Below are positions 35,125-48,100 of a stretch of DNA of 64,000 nt, piece after piece. This DNA is from Selaginella moellendorffii (taxonomy: Eukaryota > Plantae > Lycopodiophyta). The position numbers and the translations under genes were made by a program. The stretch covers positions 35,700 to 99,699 of the forward strand of contig NW_003314282.1 of the NCBI RefSeq assembly GCF_000143415.4. Direction: 5' to 3'. The stretch's first letter is position 1. Each line of letters opens with the position of its first letter. The notes under the pieces were generated by a model. It saw nothing but the letters and a program-made list of their open reading frames with translations. It was not told where the DNA came from and ran no database searches.

Positions 35125-38100
35125 TGTAGTGCATGTGATTATGGGATGAGATTTGGATATACTATCATTATGGATCCATACGATTTTGGGGGATAAATGG
35201 GGATAAAATAGCCACTAAAGGCCAAATAATTACTCCTTTTTCAGTTGGTTTAAGGGGAAAAAGATAGGATATGTTATATGTGGTATCAGAGCAAATGGCA
35301 TGATTCCTATTGATTAGTGGTTACTTAAAAATATAATATATCCTTGAGCAAGGTAAGTCCTTCCTTTTGATTGGTGGAGCATCCACGGACAAAAGTATCC
35401 ATTGTAGGACTATGGTATAGGTGGATAATTAATTGCCTCATATGGAATAGCTAGTTTACACAATGGAAGGATTGGTAGATTCAATGTAGAAATGGAAGTG
35501 TTGGTTCCTCTAAGCTTACTAAAGGTTGTTAGTTAATGTTGCGCATGTGACTTCGGGTATCGAAAGTTACCTGTCGACCAGTCCTTACGGACACTCTTAC
35601 CTTACTGCCACGATGGCAGGAGGTCGGTATTGCTGGACCTGTTATCAGTTTCCCACTTGAGCTAGTTGAGAAACTGGTCAATGACCATGAACTTAGATTA
35701 GATAAACATAAGGTAGGAACCCTATGTGTTTCTTGCTGAGCATACTCGGCCTGGTTTGAGAAACTTGAGTCATTGGCTTGCACTTGCTAGTATCAAGAAC
35801 CCCCGCGATATTGAGTTTGGTCCCTCAATATTGCTAGATGATAGCTTACCGTGTCTGCTAAACACCCTCGCTATCATGCCTTTTGTGTTAGTCTCATTTC
35901 GGTCCTAAATGCTATTTATGGAAAGTGTCCAGATTTGCTCATTTGGCATATCTGCGGAATGTAGAGATTGTCCTGAACACAATGGTGTTCGTCCCGTGCC
36001 CAAATTCGCAATCTAGGGACATTCCATATTTAGTAAGTTTCGAGTTTGTCCCAGAGACTAACTCCTGATACTAAGGGAGGCTTGGGGTGAAAGCCCAAAG
36101 CGTGTGTTCCTCAAGGGGGGGGGGGGGGGCTGTGGGGGGTTCCAAATGTATAGTAGGGATAGTGGGTAGGTCGGGCATGGCTGACCAACCTGAGGCATAG
36201 TCTAGCTCCCGCTTGCGTGCCTGTCCTTGTTCTGCGTCCGGCTTGGGTCTAATCCCAAGTTCCATTCCATGCTAGTTGGTGGAGTACCCATATCCTCACG
36301 TTAGGCCACCGGTATGCCGAAATAGCGCCAGACTCCATTTGGCTCCGTTTTGCGTGCTGGTCCTAGCATTGGGATGCTGGTTACTCTAGGACTGTTCCAA
36401 GTCGCTCTGGGCTCCTGTCCCTTCGCTCCTTGGGCTTCATGCTCGGGAGTTGCTCCGTGGTTCGGTTCCGTCACTCCTCGGCTTTAAGCTTGGGAGTTTG
36501 GCACTGTTCCTTCGTTCAGTGGCCCAAGGCCCTGAACCTCAGGTTCCTATGGACACGTGGCATGGACACGTGGCATGTGACACGTGGCATCTGTCACGTG
36601 GCACAAAGAGGGTTTAGGTTCCGCTTCGTGGTGTTATCCTATGGTAAATCACCATAGGATAAAGGGTCAAAACCACGTGCGCTACATTTGGTATCAGAGG
36701 TTGAGCCTCAGCGAGTACTATACAATGAGATTGGGCAACTAGTCTCGTTGCATACGCAGAGATGAAAACGATGATCTGAGTGGGTACATGTTTGGTGCAA
36801 AAGGCTTTGCAATCGTTTCTCGGGTATGGATCTTGGTTACCTTATTGTACTTTATGACGTGAGCTTGAGCTTGGGCTCACAAGAGGGATTGAGTTGTTCC
36901 ATTCGCACGAGTTTGAGATTGGGCTCGTGAGTGAGGCACATTAGCAACTCGAGGATACACTTTGAGTTGGCAGGATTAATGTTAGCTTATCGGTCGTTCC
37001 ATGGGTTGTTCCAATGGTTCCATGAGTTGTTCCTTGTACCATGGGTAAAAGCAAACCTTCCATGAGTTTGCTATGAGTGGCAAATAGGCTGGTCTGTAGC
37101 TATTTAGCACGGCACTAGTGGATCCTACCTAGGCATGATTATAAGTGGATCAATCAAGACTATAGGGATTAGTCTATTGATTTAAGTAGTCATTGCCGTG
37201 CTCTCTCATAAACTTTTCTTGGATTGAATTGAAGGCAGTGCGAACGCAAGCTTGAGGTTTAGTCAAAGATGAGACCGAAAAGAGAGTCATCGGGGACGAA
37301 CACGTAAATCATCTTCTCTTTTTGGAGAGATGATTTGCAACGAGGTGTGACTCATTGCTCGTGTTCACATCATGCAATCAAGAGTCCCTACCTTGATGCA
37401 TGTTGGAGATGAAGATCTTACAAATGGTGAGTTGTGGGATGGATAGCGGTGAAATGTTATACCATTTTGTCTAGGCTTGCTATAGAAGACTAGGGCTGCA
37501 ATGCTCAATTCTTTTCCGAGGAACCTTGCTATTGCTCCTTGAGTAGCTTGGTGTTGGATTAGTGTTGAGTTTAGTCAAAAAGAGAGTGGCATGAGTTTGT
37601 CCGTGTTATGAACAAAAGTTAGTGATGTTGGTGTTGTAAATCTCTATCGGTGGAGTGTGGCATTTATGTTGCATTTTGTCGAATTGAGTTGGCACTTGAT
37701 ACTCACATAAACTTTTGAAGTAATGACATTGGCATTGCTCGTGGTGTTGCTCAATTGATGATTAAGTCATTGTGATTTCCATATCATATCCATATGATAA
37801 TGAGCAATGTGTTTACGAAGTTGCTTGGTTAAATGATAATCAACCCCAAAGTGGTTGATGGTGAAGCTAGTCTACTTGCAAGTAGTAGCATTGTAGTAGC
37901 TTTGACGGAATTCTCAATAATGGTCCATTATGCTAAGCTTAAATTGGTATGTTGTTCCTTTGAGAGTTAGCCCATAAGGTGTTGGAAAGGGTTATAGCAT
38001 TCACTTGCTATGCCTTGTCGGTTTTTCCATTAGCACTTGGAGTAGATTATTGGATGGAGAAGGTGTGTAGTTGAGGCATTGACATCGCTAACACTTGTGT

Positions 38101-41100
38101 TAGTGGGAATGGCATTATTATTTCGAGTGATGAGGAATTTTCCTTGAGCTTGATTTTCCATGTCATTTTTCTTGTTAGTGTTTTGGCTTCACATTGGATC
38201 TTGAAGGTGATTGAAGAAGAGTGTTAGTGCAATGTGGATATCCAAAGATGTGGTCTTTGTGATCAAGCTTTAGATGTTCATTTTGCATTTTGTGGATGTC
38301 GGTGTTGGATGTCAGAAGTATGGGTAGAAAGATGTTCGAGGCTTAAGCATACTATGGGTCATGAGAATTTGTGTTGAGGTGAGCCTATGTGAAGTTGTTA
38401 AGTAGGAGGAAGTTGGTTGAGTCTTGAAAGTTTGCATTCCTAGACTAAGAATCATTCTTTCTCTAGGATGGAAAATTTTTCACAAATTTTCTTAGACTTT
38501 TCCAATGGCTGATCTGTTATCACTTTGTTCGAAAACCATTCCGTTTTCGTAAGCCAGTACAAACTAGTGAAGGGGTTGGAGTTTTGCTAAAGGATTGGTC
38601 TCGGATACTAACTAAAGTATCTTCGACCTTGGTTAGTTTAGTTGCTAGAAAGCTTTGAGTGGTGATACACTCGTGCTTTCTTCTAGCTTTGTTCTAGTGT
38701 TTATGGCATTGAAGTGATGCCTTGTCATTGACATTGTTGATGTTGAGATTTTAGTGAAATGAGATCTCTCTCCACAAGATTGATGTCACGTTCAAATGAA
38801 CTGAGTGGCAAGTTTGAGTTAATTGTGTTTTAGACGAGATTGTTTAGTAGAGGTTGAGCTTTGACTTTTCCTTGAAAAATGACTTAGTCATGGACTATGC
38901 TAACTCTACAAGCGGAAGAGTTAGTGATTGATATTGGAATGTTTGAATCTTTATTGGATTTGAATTGAGATATATCAATCATTGATGATTCTTCTTGTGC
39001 TTGTTATGACGTGAGTTACGTCTTGCTATGGAAGGAATCATGGAGGATTGATTAGATGATCACTTGTTGAGCATAACTTCGTTATACTTAGCTTTTGGAT
39101 TGATGCAGAAATGCTCTTCATTAGTTTTGGCATTATGAAGTTTAGCTTATGGATGTGTTGAGGAGGATATTGTGGGTTGTACCATAATTTCTTCTTTAGC
39201 ATTGAAGTTAGTTCATGCGAGACTTGTGATCATTGTTAAACAAGGCTTAGCTATAAACTTCTTCGAACTTTTGGTTCTTTGAGTTTTCATGCTCATTGTA
39301 CCATTTGCTTAGGAGTTGTTGGGGGAAGGCATTTTGGCTCATTCGCTTCGATGTTGACGTTAGTATTTGCATCTAGCAATCATTGGTGATGATTGACTAT
39401 CATCTAAGATAGTTGATTATCCTTGTCAAGAGTTTTGCTTGATTATTGTTGATATCGAATGATTTGCCGTTCTTCGGGATGGTGGATTCCTTCTTTGACA
39501 ATGATTATGCATTACTGCATTGATGGGATGATTGATGATCTTTCATGATAGTTAGTTGTTTTCTTTGATAGCTTATGGCTTTTCGCAATATCACATGTTC
39601 TTTGTGATTTGCTCTGGATTGGTCTCTTGGGTTTGAGATATCAGTAGGATGTTGCTGACACTTGCTTAGGCAACTTGAGTTCCTTGGTATTGTTGGCTGG
39701 GATCTATTTGGATTAGCTTTTGTGATAGTTGGCAGGAATGAGTGTTTGTTGGTCTTACCGCATTCATTCTCTTTTGTTGATTGTTGCTCAAGTTTGTTCT
39801 GATAGATTGGAATGTTATTTCCTCCGGGTGATACATTCGCGAGCATTTTGCTTGTTAGTCAATGATACTTTGTGTTCTTTAAGTTTTCTTTAGTAAGTTG
39901 TTTAGCATTCTATCTGCAATCTTTGATAGTTAAGTTTGGTCATTGAGTTTTCTTGATGATACACTTGCTATTGAATTTTGTTGGATGGTTATTCTTGTGT
40001 TTGCCAAATTATGATGATCTTGGTGGTTCCTGTACTATTATACTGGTTTATCAGATGATAACTTGCTTGGAATACTATTGTGTTCTACTATAAGATTTAC
40101 TCACTGATAATACAGTCTCTAAGATATCATTGTCTATGACTTTGATATTATCCATCTATTGATCTATTGATCTTTGAACTTGGGCCAGTATAGGCAGACT
40201 GGCTTCGGCACTTCGTGTGCATGTTGAAATCTCTAGTCATGGGGTAGCTACTGTCGACTGGTCACATAACCCACCTCTCTGTTGATGTTCCTTATTCCAT
40301 TCAAAAGGGCGTGACCGTGTAAACAACTCTAACTGCCTATTTACAGTAGTCTATCTAAACCTTATCGACGGGTTTGGTTTCTTTGCTCAGGAGGGTTGGG
40401 GCCTCTGGCTTCTCTCTCTATGTTCCTGCGGGCAGGGCATATCACACTTTTGTAAGCTGGGTGACTCCCAGAGCAGCAGGGGTGGCTGACTCCGTTGGTC
40501 ATTTCCTTGTCGGCGACGGCCGGAAGGTGTCTGAGCTGGTAGCGCATCTGCGTTAGACAAAGAGGTTGCCCCCTAACTCATTTAAGTTGGTGCATTTCTC
40601 ACATAGTGTGAGTACCGTGAACTTTTTTCCGGAGTTGTTTCCTTGGTGGTATTCTAGACTCGAGTGTGCATCAACGAGGACGTCGATCTTCCCTAGGGGG
40701 GGAGAGTGTCGCGCATGTGACTTCGGGTATCGAAAGTTACTTGTCGACCAGTCCTTACGGACACTCTTACCTTACTGCCACGATGGCAGGAGGTCGGTAT
40801 TGCTGGACCTGTTATCAGTTTCCCACTTGAGCTAGTTGAGAAACTGGTCAATGACCATGAACTTAGATTAGATAAACATAAGGTAGGAACCCTATGTGTT
40901 TCTTGCTGAGCATACTCGGCCTGGTTTGAGAAACTTGAGTCATTGGCTTGCACTTGCTAGTATCAAGAACCCCCGCGATATTGAGTTTGGTCCCTCAATA
41001 TTGCTAGATGATAGCTTACCGTGTCTGCCAAACACCCTCGCTATCATGCCCTTTGTGTTAGTCTCATTTCGGTCCTAAATGCTATTTATGGAAAGTGTCC

Positions 41101-41981
41101 AGATTTGCTCATTTGGCATATCTGCGGAATGTAGAGATTGTTCTGAACACAATGGTGTTCGTCCCGTGCCCAAATTCGCAATCTAGGGACATTCCATATT
41201 TAGTAAGTTTCGAGCTTGTCCCAAAGACTAACTCCTGATACTAAGGGAGGCTTGGGGTGAAAGCCCAAAGCGTGTGTTCCTCAAGGGGGGGGGGGGGCTG
41301 TGGGGGGTTCCAAATGTATAGTAGGGATAGTGGGTAGGTCGGGCATAGCCGACCAACCTGAGGCATAGTCTAGCTCCCGCTTACGTGCCTGTCCTTGTTC
41401 TGCGTCTGGCTTGGGTCTAAGCCCAAGTTCCATTCCATGCTAGTTGGTGGAGTACCCATATCCTCACGTTAGGCCACCGGTATGCCGAAATAGCGCCAGA
41501 CTCCGTTTGGCTCCGTTTTGCGTGCTGGTCCTAGCATTGGGATGCTGGTTACTCTAGGACTGTTCCAAGTCGCTCCGGGCTCCTGTCCCTTCGCTCCTTG
41601 GGCTTCATGCTCGGGAGTTGCTCCGTGGTTCGGTTCCGTCACTCCTCGGCTTCAAGCTTGGGAGTTTGGCACTGTTCCTTCGTTCAGTGGCCCAAGGCCC
41701 TGAACCTCAGGTTCCTATGGACACGTGGCATGGACACGTGGCATGTGACACGTGGCATCTGTCACGTGGCACAAAGAGGGTTTAAGTTCCGCTTCGTGGT
41801 GTTATCCTATGGTAAATCACCATAGGATAAAGGGTCAAAACCACGTGCGCTACAGTTAATAAGCAATAAATCAATTAAAACCTTAGAGGATAAATAGGGA
41901 CAAAATAGCTACTAAAGGCTCTTTCATTAAACAATTGCCCTTTTTCCAATTGGCTTAAAGAGAGAGAAATAGTGTGTTATA
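35125..41981 (+). mobile_element. TRIM-like/internally deleted short-LTR element, interrupted by a family-B element
   Basis: 5' LTR 35125-35278, PBS TGGTATCAGAGC 35281-35292, partial 3' LTR 41881-41981. Flanks GTTAT/GTTGC are a possible decayed TSD. Sits next to the PBS of element C. Confidence 0.75.
35537..41854 (+). mobile_element. Non-autonomous (LARD-like) LTR element, family B, full length
   Basis: TSD GTTAA (35532-35536, 41855-41859). LTRs 35537-36686 and 40707-41854 differ by about 16 substitutions by eye, nearly all transitions. PBS TGGTATCAGAG at 36689, PPT AGGGGGGGAGAG. The 4-kb T-rich internal region has no long ORF. Confidence 0.96.
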
Positions 41982-42107
41982 GTTGCTCTTATCTCCACCA
42001 ATGTGAGTGCATGAAATATGGAAAGAGAATACAAAAAATATGTATATCAATTAGTCCAAAAATCTTAGCTTATATACAGAAGTGAATGGTTTGGATTGGA
42101 ACCAATT

Positions 42108-45100
42108 TGTCGCAAATGTGATTTTGGGTATCGAAAGTTATTTGTCAACTAGTCCTTATGAACACTCTTTCCTTACTGCCACGATGGTAGGAGGTGGGTA
42201 TTGCTGGACCCTTTATTAGTCCCTCTAATTTAAGTCTTAGTAAACTAGACTTTGCATCTGTACTTGGCCAGATGAGTATAAGGAAGGAAATCCTAAGTGT
42301 CTATTTAGCCAAACATACTTGGCCTAGCTTATTAGTTCTCTTTTGCTTTGTCTTGCACTGGCTTGACAAGAATCAAGATACATGATAGCTTACCATGTTT
42401 ACCAAACACCCTCACTATCATGCCCTTTATGTTAGTCTCATTTCGATCTCAAATACTATTTATGGAAAGTGTCTAGATTTGCTCATTAAATTTGGCATAT
42501 TTACATAATGTAGAGATTGTCTTGAACACAATGGTGTTCGTCTCGTGTCTAAATTTGCAATCTAGCACCATTCATATTTAGTAAATTTTAAGTTTGTCCC
42601 AAAGACTAACTCTTGATACTAAGGGAGGCTTGGGGTGAAAGCCTAAAGCGTGTGTTCTTCAAGGAAGCGGGGGGAGGGATGTGGGGGGTTCCAAATGTAT
42701 ACTAAGGATAGTGGGTAGGTCGAGCATAGCTGACCAACCTGAGGCACAGTTTAGTGTGAGACACAAAATCCCTAGGCCCCAAAGTGGAGCCGGAAGGGCG
42801 CCACATGGTAGTGGCCGAAGCGAGAGCCAAACGAGCGTAACACGTTTGGACCAAAAGCTCCGACTTGAAAAGTCAAGAGTGGGAGTGGAACTCCCAACGA
42901 AGTGCTCGAGGAACGAGCACGAAGCGAGCAAAAGGCGAGGCTCCAAAAAGGGACCCAAAAGGACCAGCACATGACACGTGGGAGTGTCCGAGATGGACTC
43001 GAGTTGGAGTCCGAAGTGGAGTCCGAGATGGACCCGAGTTGGAGTCCGAAGTGGAGTCCGAGATGGACCCGAGTTGGAGTCCGAAGTGGAGTCCGAGATG
43101 GACCCGAGTTGGAGTCCGAAGTGGAGTCCGAGATGGACCCGAGTTGGAGTCCGAAGTGGAGTCCGAGATGGACCCGAGTTGGAGTCCGAAGTGGAGTCCG
43201 AGATGGAGTCCGAAGTGGAGTCCGAGGTGGACCCGAGATGGACCCGAGTTGGAGTCCGAAGTGGAGTCCGAGATGGACCCGAGATGGAGTCCGAGATGGA
43301 GTCCGAGATGGAGTCCGAGGTGGACCCGAGATGGACCCGAAATGGAGCCCGAGATGGAGTCCGAGATGGAGTCCGAGATGGACCCGAGATGGACCCGAGA
43401 TGGAGTCCGAGATGGAGTCCGAGATGGAGTCCGAAGTCGAGACCGAGACCGGGACCGAGACCGAGACCGAGATCGAGACCGAGATCGGGACCGAGACCGA
43501 GACCGAGGCCGAGGCCGAGACCGAGCCCAAGCCCGAGTCCGAGTCCGAATCCGAGTCCGAGTCCGAGTCCGAGTCCGAGTCCGAGTCCGAGTCCGAGTCC
43601 AGAGCCTGAGAGGGTGAAAGCCCAAAGCGTTCGTCTCCCAGACCCTGGGGGGTTTGGTGAGCTCCAAAAGTATAGTAGGGGGAGGACTGCAGTGGAGCCA
43701 GTTTGGCCAGGAAAGGCCAGTTTGGCCCAGGAAGGCCGGACCCAGTGTTGGGTGATGAGCTGCCCACTGGGAAGTCCAAGACTAGAGTGAACACAGACCG
43801 ACAAGCGGGGTAGCTTGGTGAAGTGTTCAAGAGCCGGCTCTAGTTCCCCCGGGAGATCGACTGGCCGATGCTCCCAGTCCAAGTGTGGGTGGCACTACCT
43901 ACTTGGATACCTGGTGTGGCTCAACGGAACCCGCTCTAAGCCCATGGCTAGAGCACCCAAGAGCAGAAGGCGAGGAGAGTACCCAGGTGGCTCGCGTAAG
44001 GCCACGGTGTTCCGAAATATTGTCCCAAAGGCCCAGACTGTGGAAAGGAAGAGGAGCAGTCCTCTGGGGCAGTGACCAAGGACACAGTCGTGTGGTGAGG
44101 AAGTCCCAGAGGACCGTGGGACTTAGTGGTCGGGCCTGTGGGTCTCGATCCAGTGGCAGTGTTGGCAAACACGGCCAGGGGCAAAAAGGGACTTAGTGGG
44201 GACTGACAGAGGGATATTGGGGAAGGCTATTCCCCTTGTCGGTGGGCATCCTAAGGATGCTAAGGAGTGGATCTGAGATGACCACTCACGGATGGTTTGC
44301 CTAGTCTTGGAGAGCCAAGACGGTGATGCAAGTGGTATTGGACTACCAGTGTGGCAAAGGTGATGGGCATGGCCTTAGCGTAACGGGCTGCTATGTCGGT
44401 GGTACCTTTGAGTGTCGGTCATGGGATCGGACACGTGGAGCACTTGGACCAAGTGCAAATGTTGAGTGGCATGGATGCCATTCTCGGGGCTAGCAAGTCC
44501 CAAGTCCTGGATTGGACTTATGGAGGTTGTGAATGAGACTCCTCCAAGTGGTCAGAGGTGTGGTTAAGTGACTAAAGTAGAATGGAAAATTTAGTCCCTT
44601 ACATTTAGTTCTTGCTTGTGTGCCTGTCTTTGTTCTGTGTCCAGCATGGGTCTAAGCTTAAGTTCCATTCCATGCTAGCTGATGGAGTACCCATGTCCTT
44701 ATGTTAGGCCACTGGTATGCCAAAATAGCGTCAAACTCCGTTTGGCTTCGTTTTGCGTGTTGGTCTTAGCATTGGGATGGTGGTTGCTTTAGGATTGCTC
44801 CAAGCTGCTTTGGGCTCCTGTCCCTTTGCTTTTTGGGTTGTATGCTCGAAAGTTGCTCTGTGGTGTAGTTTCGTCACTCCTTGGCTCCATGTTTGGGAGT
44901 TTGGCACCGTTCCTTCGTTCAGTGGCCCAAGGCCTTGAACCTTGGGTACCACACCACTGTCCTATGGACACGTGGCATGTGACACGTGGCATATGGAGGG
45001 TTTAGGTTTTGCTTCGTGGTGTTATCCTATGGTAAATCACCATAGGATAAAGGGTCAAAACCACGTGTCCTACATTTGGTATCAGAAGATGAGTTTCAGT

Positions 45101-48100
45101 GAGTACTATCCAATAAGATTGGGCAACTAGTCTCATTGCATACACAGAGATGAAAATGATGATCCGAGTGGGTACACGTTTGGCTGCAAAGGCTTCGCAA
45201 TTGTTCCTTAGGTATGGATTTCGTTACTTTTTTGTACTGTAATAATGTGAGCTTGCTCTTGGGCTTTTAAAAGGGATTGAGATGTTCCGTTTACACGAAT
45301 TTGTGCTTGGGCTCGTGAATGAGACACATTAGCAACTTTGAGTTGGCAAGATTAATGTTAACTTATTGATGGTTCCATAAGTTGTTCCATGTACCATGGT
45401 GAAAGTAAACCTTCTGTAAGTTTGCTATGAGTGGCAAATAGGCTGGTCCATAGTTTTTTTAGCACGGCACTAGTGGATCCTTCCTAGGCATGATTACAAG
45501 TGAATCAATCAAAACTGTAAGGATGAGTCTATTGATTCAAGTAGTCATTGTCGTGCTCTTTCATAAACTTTTTTTGGATTGGACTAAAAGCAATGCAAAA
45601 GAAAGCTTGAGGTTTAGTTAAAGATGAAACCGAAAAGAGAGTTGTCAAGGACAAAGAATCAAACACGTAAATCATTTTCTCTTCTTGGAGAGATGATTTG
45701 CAATAAAGTGTGATTCATTGCTCGTATTCACGGTATGCAATCAAGAGTCCCTACCTTGATGCATGTTAATTATGGTGGTCTTACAAGTGGTGAGTTATAG
45801 GATGGATAGCAATGAAGCGCTAAACCATTTTATCTAGGCTTGTTATTGAAGACTTGGGTTGCAATGCTCAATTTTTTTCTGGGGAACTTTACTATTGCTC
45901 CTTGAGTTGCTTGGTGTTGGATAAGTTTTGAGTTTGGTCAAAAAAAGAGTGGTATGAGCTTATCTGTGTTATGAACAAAAGTTAGTGGTGTTGGGTGTTG
46001 TAAATCTCTATCGATAGGGTGTGGCATTTATGTTGCATTTTGTCGAATCGAGTTGGCACTTGATGTTCACATAAACCTTTGAAGTAATGACATGGGTGTT
46101 GCCTATGGTGTTGCTCAATTGATAACCAAGTCATTATGATTTTATATCATATTCATGTGATAATGAGCAATGTGTTTCCGAAGTTGTTTGGTTAAATGAT
46201 AATCAACCCCAAAGTGGTTGATGGTGAAGTTAGTCTACTTGCACGAAGTAGCATTATAATAGCTTTGACTAGATTCTCGATGATGGTCCATTATGCTAAA
46301 GTTTAAGTTAGTACGTTGTTTCCTTGAGGGTTTGCCCATAAAGTGTTAGAAAGGGTTATAACATTCATTTGCTATAGTTTATCAGTTGATCCATTAGCAC
46401 TTAGTGTTAGATGGAGAAGGTGTGTAATTGAGGCATTGACATTGCTAGCACTTGTGTTAGTGGAGATGATATTGTTATTTTGAATGATGAGGAATTTTCC
46501 TTGGAACTTGATTTTTCATGTCATTTTTCTTGTTAGTGTTTTAGCTTCACATTAGATCTTGAAGGTGATTGAAGAAGAGTGTTAGTGCAGTGTGGATATC
46601 CGAAGATATGGTCTTCGTGATCAAGCCTTAGATGTTCATTTTGCATTTTTGGCGGATGTTGGTGTTGGATATTAGAAAAATGGGTAAAGATGTTCAATGG
46701 TTAAGCAATTGTTAGATCATGAGAATTTGTGTTGAGGTGAATTTATATGAAGTTGTAGGTAAAAGGAAGTTGGTTGAGTCTTGAAAGTTTGTATTCCTAG
46801 ACTAAGAGTCATTATTTCTCTAAGATGGAAAAGCCAATACAAACTAGTGAAGGGGTTGGAGTTGACTTTAGTTGGATTAGACCTTAGTAGATAATTTGTA
46901 TGATGCAACCCGAAAGGGATGCTGATGTTTGGGGCTAAAGCAATTGAGTTGGATAGAGTCTGGAGTTGGTGTAGAAAAGTGGCTGTTGCGCTTTTCTAAG
47001 AAGGGTGACCCTTGTGCTTTGCTTCTATAGCGTTTTGCTTGGTGGTAGGTTGCACCTTGCATTTCTTTAAACTCCATGAGAGTAGTGAGCTCTCACTGAT
47101 CTTAACTTGGTCTTGGTGGCCCTGCGCCTTGACTGAAGATGGTGATGTCCAACTTAGTTGTTTAAAGTTAAGATGTTGGTACCCATATTATAACTTTGTC
47201 GATGAGGAGGTTGTGTACTGATATGAGTCTATCTTATAGTCCTCACTTTGGTTTCAATTGAGTGTTGATTATGCATAGTTAGTCTTTTCAAGGCATGCTC
47301 AGAATTGTTGGCTAAATGCATTAGTAAGTTTATTGCAGTTGAGTTGGATTCGAGTGGTCATTTAGTTTGTGCTTGTCTATGAACCTTTATCTCGTCTAGG
47401 GTATTACATTCATATAGGACAAGTATATGACCTGATGACATAAGTTTAGTATTTAAGTCTTGTAAAGGCAAGTTGAAGAGTGATTGTTTGTTACTTTGCG
47501 ACTAATGGTTGCTTATAAACTTTATCGAGGACCTCTGATACTTGCTTCGCTCGATGATGATTTAGCGATGATGGGCTTGCTTTACCGGATGGTGTTGCAG
47601 AGGCTTGTGTCATTAGGCTTACATGGGTTTTCCATGTTGGCATATCAACTCTACCTTTGTCGATATCATTTGGTTGCATTTAGTTTGTAGTGTTGGATTT
47701 CATTAAGTATTAGATGTGGTGATTCACTCCTTGATGAAGTGTTATCTATGGCTAAGTATTGTTAAAGAACTAGTCTCGGATACCAAGTAAGGTATCTTCA
47801 ACTTTGATTAGCTTAGTTGCTTGAAAGCTTTGAGTGGTGATACACTTTTGCTTTCTTTTAGTTTTGTTCTAGTGTTGATGGCATTGAAGTGATGCTTTAT
47901 CATTAACATTATTGATGTTGAGATTTGAGTGAAATGAAATATCTCTCCGTAAAATTGATATTGAGTTTCATTAGTCTTGATGAAGATAGTGTTGATGATT
48001 TGGTCGTAATTTTGTGTTATTAGCATTTGTATATTTGCTAGTTAGTAACTATATTGACGTTTAAATGAACTAAATGGCAAACTTGAGTTAGTTATATTCT

